DNA of 60,645 nucleotides, taken from positions 1 through 60,645 of the forward strand of contig CAMOGG010000002.1 in assembly GCA_946614095.1 (NCBI GenBank), given 5' to 3'. Shown here in pieces: positions 51,101 through 59,549 of this stretch. Numbering within the stretch: position 1 is the stretch's first letter; each line of letters opens with the position of its first letter. A program made the position numbers and the translations under genes. A model generated the notes under the pieces. It ran no database searches and was not told the origin of the DNA. It saw only the letters and a program-made list of their open reading frames with translations. Source of the stretch: an uncultured Bacillales bacterium (GTDB lineage: Bacteria > Bacillota_I > Bacilli_A > RF39 > UBA660).

Positions 51101-51377
51101 TGCAGCATATGGAAAAAAGAGAGTAGATAAAATAGGATCAAAAGCAACATTGAGTAATGCAGGTTGGGGATTAATTGATGTTTGGAATACTAACTATGCT
51201 TATATAGTAAAAGATGGTAAAAGAATTGATCATACTGGAGGAAATACATGGAATACCAAAGCAGATGGTACAGGAAAAACATATAATCAATATAAAACAG
51301 ATTACTTTGGTGGAGATTTTTGTGATACTTCCCATGGTGATTGTGAAGTCATATTATATATTAGATGGCTAAGTTAA
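48141..51377 (+). CDS. 1078-aa modular type IV pilin: prepilin leader/methylation motif, pilin head, acidic linker, Listeria-Bacteroides (flg_new) repeats alternating with a Cys-pair domain
   Basis: MKRIRNSKG|FTLVELLVAVAILGI is the canonical class III signal (G-1, F+1, E+5). flg_new-type units are present (YTLTYDDNGG...FAGWNTKSDGTGTTI...IYAKW; TGNTFGGYYSDKNGKG; TGYTFEGYYTKKNGAG). Four domains end ..GDC.....(N/R)W. Confidence 0.85.
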   Translation: MKRIRNSKGFTLVELLVAVAILGIITGMSIPLIRNIQLRNNNKKFEQYGKAMLSSAKLYRDSYDEDLFGRKSSGCALVSLSQLIEKGLIKDYPDENITCDYSGTMVRIVKINKQYGYSYQLFCGTDLEHPSFTYSTFSKREGLFQKNDTTPTEGIDGELEEGDDTPDYGSFGGFDLSSCNMKNSMKIEANPDSGIDKAESYSVKVSLSSTTGISTSSPVHIQYAWVEVPELEETVDDTPIDTSEEDDDPDAEASDEIETVDVEDVEIDYSSITDWKSLQFSKIESEDSQQSKIVSSAVDYITADSHKISPPTDTANQWYLVLKINNFKDLTGEEYPNEYETFGIYNIAKKYTLTYDDNGGNGCSSNKKEFLLGRGESEDWGELCTPERENYVFAGWNTKSDGTGTTITENTPVTSNLKIYAKWSTARVIIRYKLMSNETIAANTSSTATPPVNYKWRRGSGDLVERSTNGGSSYSVLASTLASGKNRELDLANYNNSHFLKITSKAGYTNARSGAEWICESGCKKANQTFSHSKITISDTDNLCDTSHGDCTINIKVNWDSSSITAIPVSLDQQGGSGGTAAIYSKNSKWYNTGNPTTSTSNITTITKPSKTGNTFGGYYSDKNGKGTQKIKADGKIYAAASGVTSSSTWFAKWTLNTCTIKFSPNGGTFNNNANKTTQILQYGKSVSDFWNANGGTYKATRTGYTITSSKAWLLSGTTKTFDETKGYKATQICTSLASKNQTVILKVNWQAKKVAVTLDQQGGSDGTSRIYEYYGIGWYKSSSATSSISKVTIPTRTGYTFEGYYTKKNGAGIQVVSANGTILSGKTTQFSSAGTLYAKWRINVLTIRYKIKSGETIRTDTGVNFKKGTDNYVYKDNKLYTVTLSYNEKLGKTGLTNWHNDKYLYINKVDYNAVDNNEWTDGTNFFDQDKSYKSQELCSNLSKGDCTVTLFVNWRIAYAKVSYHANGGTVYKKYSQPYISIVDGYIAAYGKKRVDKIGSKATLSNAGWGLIDVWNTNYAYIVKDGKRIDHTGGNTWNTKADGTGKTYNQYKTDYFGGDFCDTSHGDCEVILYIRWLS

Positions 51378-51442
51378 AAAAGATAAGACTGTTTTGATAA
51401 TGAAGTGATCAAAGTATTTCCTTTTAGATAAAAGAAAAAACG

Positions 51443-51469
51443 TTAGCACTCTCCCTTGACAACTGCTAA
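51443..51469 (+). promoter_or_regulatory. CIRCE-like HrcA operator
   Basis: TTAGCACTC-N9-aAcTGCTAA compared with the consensus TTAGCACTC-N9-GAGTGCTAA. The left arm is perfect and the right arm matches 7/9. Confidence 0.55.
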
Positions 51470-51484
51470 GAAAGGTGCTATATA
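51456..51484 (+). promoter_or_regulatory. SigA promoter of htpG overlapping the CIRCE-like element
   Basis: TTGACA (51456-51461), 17-nt spacer, TGcTATATA (-10 at 51479-51484). Confidence 0.6.
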
Positions 51485-51505
51485 TAGTTATGGGAGATGA
51501 TTATT

Positions 51506-53389
51506 ATGGCAAAAAAGAAATTTAAATCAGAATCTAAAAGATTATTAGACTTAATGATTAATTCTATTTATACAAATAAAGATATATTTTTAAGAGAATT
51601 AATTAGTAATGCTAGTGATGCTTTAGATAAATTATATTATAGAAGTTTAACGGATAAGAAAGTAAAAGTAGATCGAGATGATTTAAAAATTGAAATTGCT
51701 TTTGATAAGGAAGCTCGTACTTTAACGATTACAGATAATGGTTGTGGTATGACAAAAGAAGAATTAGAAGAGAATCTTGGTACTATTGCGAAGAGTGGAT
51801 CTTTAGCTTTTAAAGAGAATATGACTAAAGAAGAGAAAATTGATATTATAGGTCAATTTGGTGTTGGTTTTTATTCTGCTTTTATGGTTAGTGATAAGAT
51901 TACCGTTACTTCTTTAAGTGTTGATAGTAAGGATGCTTATCAATGGACTAGTGAAGGGGCAGATGGTTATACGATAGAAGAAGCTTCTAAAAAGGATATT
52001 GGTACAGAGATTGTTTTAAGTATTAAAGAAGATAGCGATGAATTTGAATATAGTAAGTATTTAGATGAGTATGAACTAAAAACATTAATTAAAAAGTATT
52101 CTGATTATATTGCTTATCCTATTCGTATGGAAGTTACGCATCATGAATTAGTAGATGAAGAAAAGAAAAAATATGAAGACCATAAAGAAGTAGAAACAAT
52201 GAACAGTATGGTTCCTATTTGGAAGAAAGCTAAAAGTGAAGTAACTGACGAAGATTATGACAATTTCTATATGGATAAGTTTAGTGATTATGATAAACCA
52301 TTAAAAGTAATATCTTCTTCAGTAGAGGGAATGACTTCTTATAAATCATTATTATTTATACCAAGTCATGCTCCATATGATTATTATACTCAAGAGTATG
52401 AAAAGGGACTTGCTTTGTATTCTAATGGAGTATTAATCATGGAAAAATGTGCAGATTTATTACCAGACTATTTTAGTTTTGTAAAAGGTGTAGTTGACTC
52501 AGAAGATTTGAGTTTAAATATTTCACGTGAATTATTACAAGAATCTCAAAGTTTAAAATTAATTGCGAAAAATATTGAAAGCAAAATTCGTAAAGAATTA
52601 GAAAACTTAATGAAAGATGATCGTGATACTTATATTTCTTTCTTTAAAACTTTTGGTGTTCAATTAAAATATGGTGTTTATAATAATTTTGGACAAGATA
52701 AAGATAAATTAAAAGACTTAGTAATGTTTTATTCTTCTAAACATGAAAGACTTATTACTTTATCAGAATATGTAGCTGAAATGAAAGAAGGACAAGATGC
52801 AATTTACTATGCAAGTGGATCTTCTATTGAGAAAATTAATTCATTACCACAAGTGGAACAAGTAAAAGATAAAGAGTATGATATTTTATACTTAACTGAT
52901 TATGTAGATGAATTCTGTATTACAGCAATTCAAGAGTATGATAGTAAGAAGTTTGTTAATGTAAGTGATGGAAGTTTAGATTTAGAGAGTGAAGAAGAGA
53001 AAAAAGAAGTTGAAAAAGTTAATAAGAAAAATTCAGATTTATTAAAAGATATGGCTGAAGAGATTAAAGAAGTTAGTGAAGTACGTTTCAGTAATAAACT
53101 TAAAAGTCATCCTGTATGTTTAACTACAAAAGGTGATGTTTCTATTGAAATGCAGAAGGTGTTTGATGCAATGCCAAATGAAATGGGTATTAAAGCAGAG
53201 ACTGTACTTGAAATTAATGAGAAACATCCAATTAGTGATAAATTAAAAGAATTATATAAGAAGAAAGATAAAGAAGAATTCTTAAATTATACAAAGATTT
53301 TATATAGTGAAGCTAAAATGATTGCTGGTCTTCCTATTGATAATCCTACTGAGATTAGTAAATTAATTTGTGATGTAATTTCTAAATAA
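51506..53389 (+). CDS. htpG: Molecular chaperone HtpG (Hsp90)
   Basis: FKSESKRLLDLMINSIYTNKDIFLRELISNASDALDKLYY, ITDNGCGMTKEEL and GQFGVGFYSAFMV. GGGAG RBS; ATG 51506 preferred. Confidence 0.95.
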   Translation: MAKKKFKSESKRLLDLMINSIYTNKDIFLRELISNASDALDKLYYRSLTDKKVKVDRDDLKIEIAFDKEARTLTITDNGCGMTKEELEENLGTIAKSGSLAFKENMTKEEKIDIIGQFGVGFYSAFMVSDKITVTSLSVDSKDAYQWTSEGADGYTIEEASKKDIGTEIVLSIKEDSDEFEYSKYLDEYELKTLIKKYSDYIAYPIRMEVTHHELVDEEKKKYEDHKEVETMNSMVPIWKKAKSEVTDEDYDNFYMDKFSDYDKPLKVISSSVEGMTSYKSLLFIPSHAPYDYYTQEYEKGLALYSNGVLIMEKCADLLPDYFSFVKGVVDSEDLSLNISRELLQESQSLKLIAKNIESKIRKELENLMKDDRDTYISFFKTFGVQLKYGVYNNFGQDKDKLKDLVMFYSSKHERLITLSEYVAEMKEGQDAIYYASGSSIEKINSLPQVEQVKDKEYDILYLTDYVDEFCITAIQEYDSKKFVNVSDGSLDLESEEEKKEVEKVNKKNSDLLKDMAEEIKEVSEVRFSNKLKSHPVCLTTKGDVSIEMQKVFDAMPNEMGIKAETVLEINEKHPISDKLKELYKKKDKEEFLNYTKILYSEAKMIAGLPIDNPTEISKLICDVISK

Positions 53390-53408
53390 GGACTTTGGTC
53401 CTTTTTTA
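53388..53408 (+). terminator. Rho-independent terminator after htpG
   Basis: Stem aaggac/gtcctt, tttg loop, T-run. Confidence 0.6.
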
Positions 53409-53602
53409 TCAAACTATTTGATTTTATAACAGGATACTTATTGAATGATACTATTTTAAATATATAGGTATATAGGAAATAAGAATGATATTATGATTAA
53501 AAGATTGAAAACCTTAATTTTCAGTCTTTTTTTTTGTTTTTTTCTATTGTATAATTATAATAGGAAGGTTTATTCAGATTAGAAAAGAATGGGGAGGGTA
53601 TT

Positions 53603-55951
53603 ATGGCAGTTTTATCAAGGAATGAATTAAAATTAATGGATGAATACTTTCGAGTATTAAATTATTTAAGTGTTGCTCAATTATATTTATTGGATAATCC
53701 ATTACTTCGAAGAAAATTAACTATTGATGATATCAAACCTAATGTAGTTGGTCATTGGGGAACTGCTCCAGGACAAAATTTTATTTATATGCATTTAAAT
53801 CGTATCATTAGAAAAAATAATTTAAAGATGATTTATATTTCTGGTCCTGGACATGGTGGGCAAGCTATGATTGCAAATCATTATGTTGAAGGAGTTTATA
53901 CAAAATTTTATCCTGAAATTACTGAGGATGAAGAGGGATTAAAAAAACTTTGCAAGCAGTTTAGTTTTCCAGGTGGAGTATCTTCTCATGTTGCACCTGA
54001 AACTCCAGGTTCTATTCATGAAGGTGGAGAGCTTGGTTATAGTTTGGCTCATGCAGCAGGTGCAGTTCTAGATAATAAGGATTTAATTGCTGCTTGTGTT
54101 GTTGGAGATGGAGAAGCAGAAACTGGTCCACTCGCAACTTCTTGGCATATAAACAAATTTTTAAATAAGAAAACAGATGGAGTTGTTTTACCAATTCTAC
54201 ATCGTAATGGATATAAAATTTCAAATCCAACCATTTTTGGTAGAATGAGTAATGAAGAGTTGCGTTCTTTCTTTGAAGGATATGGATGGAAACCATTCTT
54301 TGTTACTGGTAGTAATTCTATTCGTCTTCATGAAGAAATGGCAAAAACATTAGATAGGATTGTTAAAGAAATTAAAAGAGTAAGAGAACGTGGAGAAGGA
54401 GCTTATCCAGTACTAATTCTTACTACTCCAAAGGGATGGACAGGACCTAAAGAAGTAGATCATAAAAGAATAGAAGGTTCTTTTCGAGCACATCAAGTAC
54501 CTATTCCAATTTCTCATGAACATCCAGAAAATCTAGAATTGTTAGAGAAATGGTTAAAAAGTTATCATGTGGAGCAATTATTTGATGAGAAAGGACATTT
54601 AAGTAAAGAATTGAAATCTTTATGTCCTCCTTTATCTAAGTGTATGGGTTGTAGTAGTTTTGCGAATGGTGGATTATTACTTCGGGAAATTCGGACACCA
54701 AACTGGGAAGATTATTGTTTAGATATTAAGAGACCAGGAGCTATTATTGCACAAGATACAGAAGAATTAGGAAGATTCATTCGTGATATTTTTGCATTAA
54801 ATCAAGAAAATAAAAATTTCCGCATCTTTGGTCCGGATGAGGCATTGTCTAATCGACTTCATCATGTCTTTGAAGTCACAAATCGTACTTGGAATACGAA
54901 GCTATTAAAAACAGATGAATATTTGAGTGGTGTAGGAAGAGTTATGGATTCTTATCTTTCGGAACATTTATGTGAAGGAATGTTAGAAGGATATTTGTTA
55001 ACTGGTAGACATGGATTTATCCATAGTTATGAAGCATTCATTCGAATTATAGATTCTATGGCTAGTCAACACGCAAAATGGTTGAAAGTATGTCATGATA
55101 TTCCTTGGAGACAGTCCATTGCTTCTTTAAACTTCTTACTTGTTAGTCATGTTTTTCAACAAGATCATAACGGGTATACTCATCAAGATCCAGGATTCTT
55201 AAACCATTTGGTTACGAAAAAAGCTGATGTTGTTAGAATGTATTTGCCACCGGATACCAACTGTTTATTGTCTTGTTTTGATCATTGTATTAAAACAAAG
55301 GATTATATTAATGTCATTATTGCTTCTAAGCATCCTCGTCCACAATGGCTTACGAAAGCACAGGCTAGAGCTCATTGTCGAAAAGGACTAGGTGTTTGGG
55401 AATTTGCGAGTAATGATGATGGTAATCCAGATGTTGTTTTAGCTTGTTGTGGGGAAACTCCTACATTAGAAGTACTTGCTGCTGTTGATATATTAAGACA
55501 AAGTGTTCAAGGAATACGTATTCGTGTAGTTAATGTAGTGGATTTAATGAAATTACAATCTCCAGATACTCATCCACATGGAATGAGTGATGAAGAGTAT
55601 GATGAGATATTTACTCGTAATAAACCAATTATCTTTAATTTCCATGGTTATCCATCTTTGATTCATCAATTAACTTATAAACGATTTAATCGTAATTTGC
55701 ATGTGCATGGGTATAAAGAAGAAGGGACTATTACTACTACCTTTGATATACGTGTACAAAATGAAATTGATCGTTTCCATATTGTACAGGCCGTACTACG
55801 AGAAATTCCACGCTATAAGAATTCTAGCTCTGTATTATTGAATTGGTGTGATGATATGTTAAATCGTCATAAAAACTATATTTGTGAATATGGAGAAGAT
55901 ATGCCATTTGTTAAAGATTGGGAATGGAATGGATTTTCAAAAGAGAAGTAG
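53603..55951 (+). CDS. xfp: Xylulose-5-P/fructose-6-P phosphoketolase
   Basis: VVGHWGTAPGQNFIYMHLNR, ISGPGHGG, GGELGYSL, GDGEAETGPLATSWH and QDHNGYTHQDPGF are hallmark phosphoketolase blocks. Confidence 0.95.
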   Translation: MAVLSRNELKLMDEYFRVLNYLSVAQLYLLDNPLLRRKLTIDDIKPNVVGHWGTAPGQNFIYMHLNRIIRKNNLKMIYISGPGHGGQAMIANHYVEGVYTKFYPEITEDEEGLKKLCKQFSFPGGVSSHVAPETPGSIHEGGELGYSLAHAAGAVLDNKDLIAACVVGDGEAETGPLATSWHINKFLNKKTDGVVLPILHRNGYKISNPTIFGRMSNEELRSFFEGYGWKPFFVTGSNSIRLHEEMAKTLDRIVKEIKRVRERGEGAYPVLILTTPKGWTGPKEVDHKRIEGSFRAHQVPIPISHEHPENLELLEKWLKSYHVEQLFDEKGHLSKELKSLCPPLSKCMGCSSFANGGLLLREIRTPNWEDYCLDIKRPGAIIAQDTEELGRFIRDIFALNQENKNFRIFGPDEALSNRLHHVFEVTNRTWNTKLLKTDEYLSGVGRVMDSYLSEHLCEGMLEGYLLTGRHGFIHSYEAFIRIIDSMASQHAKWLKVCHDIPWRQSIASLNFLLVSHVFQQDHNGYTHQDPGFLNHLVTKKADVVRMYLPPDTNCLLSCFDHCIKTKDYINVIIASKHPRPQWLTKAQARAHCRKGLGVWEFASNDDGNPDVVLACCGETPTLEVLAAVDILRQSVQGIRIRVVNVVDLMKLQSPDTHPHGMSDEEYDEIFTRNKPIIFNFHGYPSLIHQLTYKRFNRNLHVHGYKEEGTITTTFDIRVQNEIDRFHIVQAVLREIPRYKNSSSVLLNWCDDMLNRHKNYICEYGEDMPFVKDWEWNGFSKEK

Positions 55952-56002
55952 TATATCTATTTCTCTTTTTATGTTATAATAGAAAATGAAGAGGTGAAGA
56001 AT

Positions 56003-56524
56003 ATGTCTACTCGTAAAAGTATGAAATTACCGATTGTTTTGGCTTTTTTATTTATCATTATTATTGTCTATTTGTTTGCAACGATTAAACAAAGTCATGT
56101 TACTTGTGATAAGACAAATACATTTGATTCCAATATTCGATTGCAAGAACATATTGATACTACATTTGATGGAAAGAAAATTACTAGTATGGATGTTACT
56201 AAGACAATTATTTTACCAGAGAAGTATACGAGAGATAATAGTCGATTAAATAGTATTCAGTTTGCTTTAGAAAAAACATTAAATTATTTAGGAAAACATG
56301 TTACTTATTCTGTAAGAGATGATCGAATTATTACTCGAATACAGGTTGATAAGAATCAATTGATTTTATTAGATAATATTGAATTTATTGTAAATGATGA
56401 TATAGAGATTAAAATTAATTCTAATACAAAAAGTAGTGATGTTATCTTATTAAAAGTTGGAGATAATTATACGGATGGAGAATTCATGAAACGATTAAAA
56501 AATAATGGATATACTTGTAAGTAG
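56003..56524 (+). CDS. N-terminally anchored hypothetical protein
   Basis: TM helix LPIVLAFLFIIIIVYLFATI. The ATG at 56003 follows a GAAGAGGTGA RBS. No family recognised. Confidence 0.5.
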   Translation: MSTRKSMKLPIVLAFLFIIIIVYLFATIKQSHVTCDKTNTFDSNIRLQEHIDTTFDGKKITSMDVTKTIILPEKYTRDNSRLNSIQFALEKTLNYLGKHVTYSVRDDRIITRIQVDKNQLILLDNIEFIVNDDIEIKINSNTKSSDVILLKVGDNYTDGEFMKRLKNNGYTCK

Positions 56525-56532
56525 GGGATAAC

Positions 56533-56796
56533 ATGGAAGAGTATCCAGTAAATCAAATCATAGACGAGATGAATTTTTCTGATTATCAATATCAAACTCT
56601 AAAAAGTGGAGTTATGCTTACTAATTGGGAGATATCTGTATTAGAACAGTATCATGTTCCTTATCAAAAATGTCTTTCTTTAAAAGAGATTCTTTATGAA
56701 ATAGAAGAAGTATTATCACAAGAAGATTTAGAAGAACTTGAGAAAGTATCTTCTAGTATATCTGAGAGAGATTATTATCAAAATACTCCTTTTTAA
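56533..56796 (+). CDS. Small acidic hypothetical protein
   Basis: 87-aa ORF, with a terminator directly downstream. Confidence 0.45.
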   Translation: MEEYPVNQIIDEMNFSDYQYQTLKSGVMLTNWEISVLEQYHVPYQKCLSLKEILYEIEEVLSQEDLEELEKVSSSISERDYYQNTPF

Positions 56797-56809
56797 GATA
56801 GGTAAACTT

Positions 56810-56836
56810 GAAGTTGAGTGATTCAACTTCTTTTTT
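56810..56836 (+). terminator. Rho-independent terminator
   Basis: Stem gaagttga/tcaacttc, 5-nt loop, T6 run. Confidence 0.75.
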
Positions 56837-56837
56837 A

Positions 56838-56866
56838 TTGTTCTTTTTTGTTAATTTATTTATAAT
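56838..56866 (+). promoter_or_regulatory. SigA-type promoter for cysteine desulfurase operon
   Basis: TTGTTC (56838-56843), 17-nt spacer, TATAAT (56861-56866). Confidence 0.5.
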
Positions 56867-56887
56867 GAATATGAAAGAAGTGATTAG

Positions 56888-58015
56888 ATGATTTATTTGG
56901 ATTATAGTGCAACTACTCCTGTAAATGAAGAAGTAATTGATACCTATAGTAAAGTATGTAGAGAGTTTATTGGAAATCCGAATTCTTTGCATTCTTTAGG
57001 AGTAAAAGCAAAGAAATTAATTGATGCGAGTACAGAACAAATTGCAGAAATTTTAGGTGTTAAAACTAGTGAGATAATTTATACTAGTGGATCTAGTGAG
57101 TCTAATAATATGGCTATTAAAGGAGTTTGTTTCAAATATCAAAATCGTGGAAAACATATTATTACTACAGAACTTGAACATTCTTCTGTAATTGCTCCGA
57201 TTCAGTATTTACAAAAACAAGGTTTTGAAGTTGACTTTGTGAAATTAGATGAAAATGGATTAGTAGATTTAGAGGATTTAGGTTCTTTGTTACGAGATGA
57301 TACAATTCTTGTTAGTATTGCTGCTGTAAATAGTGAGGTTGGTGTTAAACAAGATTTGAAAGCTATTTCAGAAGTTATTCGAAAATATCCTAAAGTTATT
57401 TTTCATAGTGATGTGACACAAAGTATTGGAAAAGACAGAATTGATTTTTCTTTATTAGATTTAGCTAGTATTTCCTGTCAGAAGTTTTATGGAATGAAAG
57501 GAATTGGAGCTTTAATTAAACGAGATAAATTAATTATCGAACCATTAATTCATGGTGGAAAATCAACTACTGTATTTCGTAGTGGTACACCTGCTACTCC
57601 ATTGATAGCATCTTTTGCTAAAGCATTACGTTTGGCATATGAAAATTTTGATTTGAAATATCAACATGTTGTTGAAATTAGAGATTATTTACTATCTAAA
57701 TTAGAAGAATTACCAGTTTCTATTAATAGTAATTCCTATTGTTTACCTCATATGGTTAATATTAGTTTGAATCATATTAAGAGTGAAGTTATGCTACATG
57801 CATTAGAGGAAGAAGATATTTTTATTTCAACACAGACGGCTTGCTCTACGGGGGATTATTCTAAAGCAGTATATGCTATTACTCATGATAAGGAACGTTC
57901 TACTAGCAGTTTGAGAATTAGTTTATCTTATTTAACGACAAAAGATGAAATTGATACGTTTATTTCTGTTTTTGAAAAAAAGTTAAAGGCATTAGATTTT
58001 AGGAGAGATGTATGA
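56888..58015 (+). CDS. Cysteine desulfurase (NifS/IscS-type class V aminotransferase)
   Basis: MIYLDYSATTPV, GNPNSLHSLG, IIYTSGSSESNN, and SCQKFYGMKGIGAL carrying the PLP Lys. A C-terminal Cys region is present. Confidence 0.88.
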   Translation: MIYLDYSATTPVNEEVIDTYSKVCREFIGNPNSLHSLGVKAKKLIDASTEQIAEILGVKTSEIIYTSGSSESNNMAIKGVCFKYQNRGKHIITTELEHSSVIAPIQYLQKQGFEVDFVKLDENGLVDLEDLGSLLRDDTILVSIAAVNSEVGVKQDLKAISEVIRKYPKVIFHSDVTQSIGKDRIDFSLLDLASISCQKFYGMKGIGALIKRDKLIIEPLIHGGKSTTVFRSGTPATPLIASFAKALRLAYENFDLKYQHVVEIRDYLLSKLEELPVSINSNSYCLPHMVNISLNHIKSEVMLHALEEEDIFISTQTACSTGDYSKAVYAITHDKERSTSSLRISLSYLTTKDEIDTFISVFEKKLKALDFRRDV

Positions 58016-58272
58016 AAATTATTAAAATAGGAGCTATTTGGTGTGGGGGCTGTTTGGTTATGAATAAAGTTTGGAATCAGTTAAAAAAGAATTATGAATT
58101 TGAAGCTGTAGAATTAGATTATGATATGGATGAAGATGAAGTGAAAAAATATTCTCCTGGAGATGTATTACCTGTTTTTATCTTTTATGATGATGATAGT
58201 CAAGAAATACTACGAGTAGTAGGAGAACATTCTTATCAAGAGATGGAAGAGAAAATAAAAGAGGTGTTATAG
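58012..58272 (+). CDS. Small thioredoxin-like protein (WCGGC motif)
   Basis: GAIWCGGCLVMNKVW. The 86-aa size fits a thioredoxin fold. ATGA overlap with the upstream gene. Confidence 0.7.
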   Translation: MKIIKIGAIWCGGCLVMNKVWNQLKKNYEFEAVELDYDMDEDEVKKYSPGDVLPVFIFYDDDSQEILRVVGEHSYQEMEEKIKEVL

Positions 58273-58273
58273 A

Positions 58274-59491
58274 ATGAAAAGATGGTCTAAAATTGTTTTT
58301 CTTTTCCTTCTTTTTTTCATGCCTTTATGGGTATGGGGAAAAGAAGATAAAGAAATTACTTTGTATTTATTTCATGGAGATGGATGCCCTCATTGTGCAG
58401 AAGAATTAAACTATTTGGATTCTATTCAAGACAAGTATCCATCTTTAAACATACAAAAATATGAAGTTTGGTATGATGAAGAAAATGCAGAATTGTTAAG
58501 TAAAGTAGAAGATGCATTTTCTATTACTCGTTCAGGGGTTCCTACTACTGTTATTGGAGATACTACTATTACTGGTTTTGGTAGTAATACAGGTGCGAAG
58601 ATAGAAAGAGCGATTGAACATTATTTGGAAGAAGATTATGTTGATCAAGTTGCAAAGATACAAGATGGTACTTTTCAAAAAGAAGAACTTCATCAAGAAG
58701 AATTTGAAAAAGAAGAAAAAAAGAGTGATGAAGAAATGTCCTTGGAAGTACCAGTGATTGGAAAGATTAATTTAAAAAATGTTTCTTTGATGAGTGCAGC
58801 TGTTATTATAGGGTTAATTGATGGATTTAATCCTTGTGCTATGTGGATATTATTATTTTTAATTAGTGTGTTAATTGGAATGAAAGATAAAAAAAGAATG
58901 TTGCTTATTGGGTTTACTTTTTTATTTACCTCAGCTCTTGTTTATCTATTAATTATGTTATCTTGGATACAAATAGCTATTAAAATTACAGCTATTATTT
59001 GGATTCGGAATTTAATTGCTATTGTCGCTCTTATCGGAGGTTTTATTAATTTAAGAAGTTTTGTTCGTAGTAGGGATAATGGTGGATGTGAAGTAGTAGA
59101 TGATAAGAAGAGGAAAACAATTTTTAAGAAAATTCGTCGTTTTACACATGAAAAAAGTCTTTTTTTAGCCTTGATTGGAGCAATTATTTTAGCTGTTTCT
59201 GTTAATATTGTAGAGCTTGCTTGTTCTGCTGGATTACCACTTGTTTTTACTGAATTATTGGTCTTAAATCATACTAGTTCTATTATGAAATTTTTGTATA
59301 CTTTAGTTTATATCTTATTTTTCTTATTAGATGATTTAGTTGTATTTTTAATTGCTGTTTTTACTATGCAAGTGACTGGTATTTCTACTAAGTATAATAA
59401 GTATTCTCATTTGTTAGGAGGAATTATTATGCTACTTGTAGGAATCTTATTATTAGTTAAGCCAGAATGGTTAATGTTTCAATTTAAGTAG
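58274..59491 (+). CDS. Fusion of an exported thioredoxin/glutaredoxin-like domain (CPHC) with a DsbD/CcdA-like polytopic membrane domain
   Basis: Signal peptide, GDGCPHCAEEL, then TM helices with membrane-embedded Cys residues (GFNPCAMW and VELACSAGLP). Confidence 0.65.
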   Translation: MKRWSKIVFLFLLFFMPLWVWGKEDKEITLYLFHGDGCPHCAEELNYLDSIQDKYPSLNIQKYEVWYDEENAELLSKVEDAFSITRSGVPTTVIGDTTITGFGSNTGAKIERAIEHYLEEDYVDQVAKIQDGTFQKEELHQEEFEKEEKKSDEEMSLEVPVIGKINLKNVSLMSAAVIIGLIDGFNPCAMWILLFLISVLIGMKDKKRMLLIGFTFLFTSALVYLLIMLSWIQIAIKITAIIWIRNLIAIVALIGGFINLRSFVRSRDNGGCEVVDDKKRKTIFKKIRRFTHEKSLFLALIGAIILAVSVNIVELACSAGLPLVFTELLVLNHTSSIMKFLYTLVYILFFLLDDLVVFLIAVFTMQVTGISTKYNKYSHLLGGIIMLLVGILLLVKPEWLMFQFK

Positions 59492-59549
59492 TTTACTTAT
59501 TCTAAAAAATTTTGTATAATGTATTTTAGAGTAGAAGGAGTTTTACTAT

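Noticed and set aside
53493-53582. 29-aa ORF (MIKRLKTLIFSLFFCFF...) in the htpG-xfp spacer.
   Set aside because: It has no RBS. Its hydrophobicity comes from translating a terminator T-run and promoter-like sequence.
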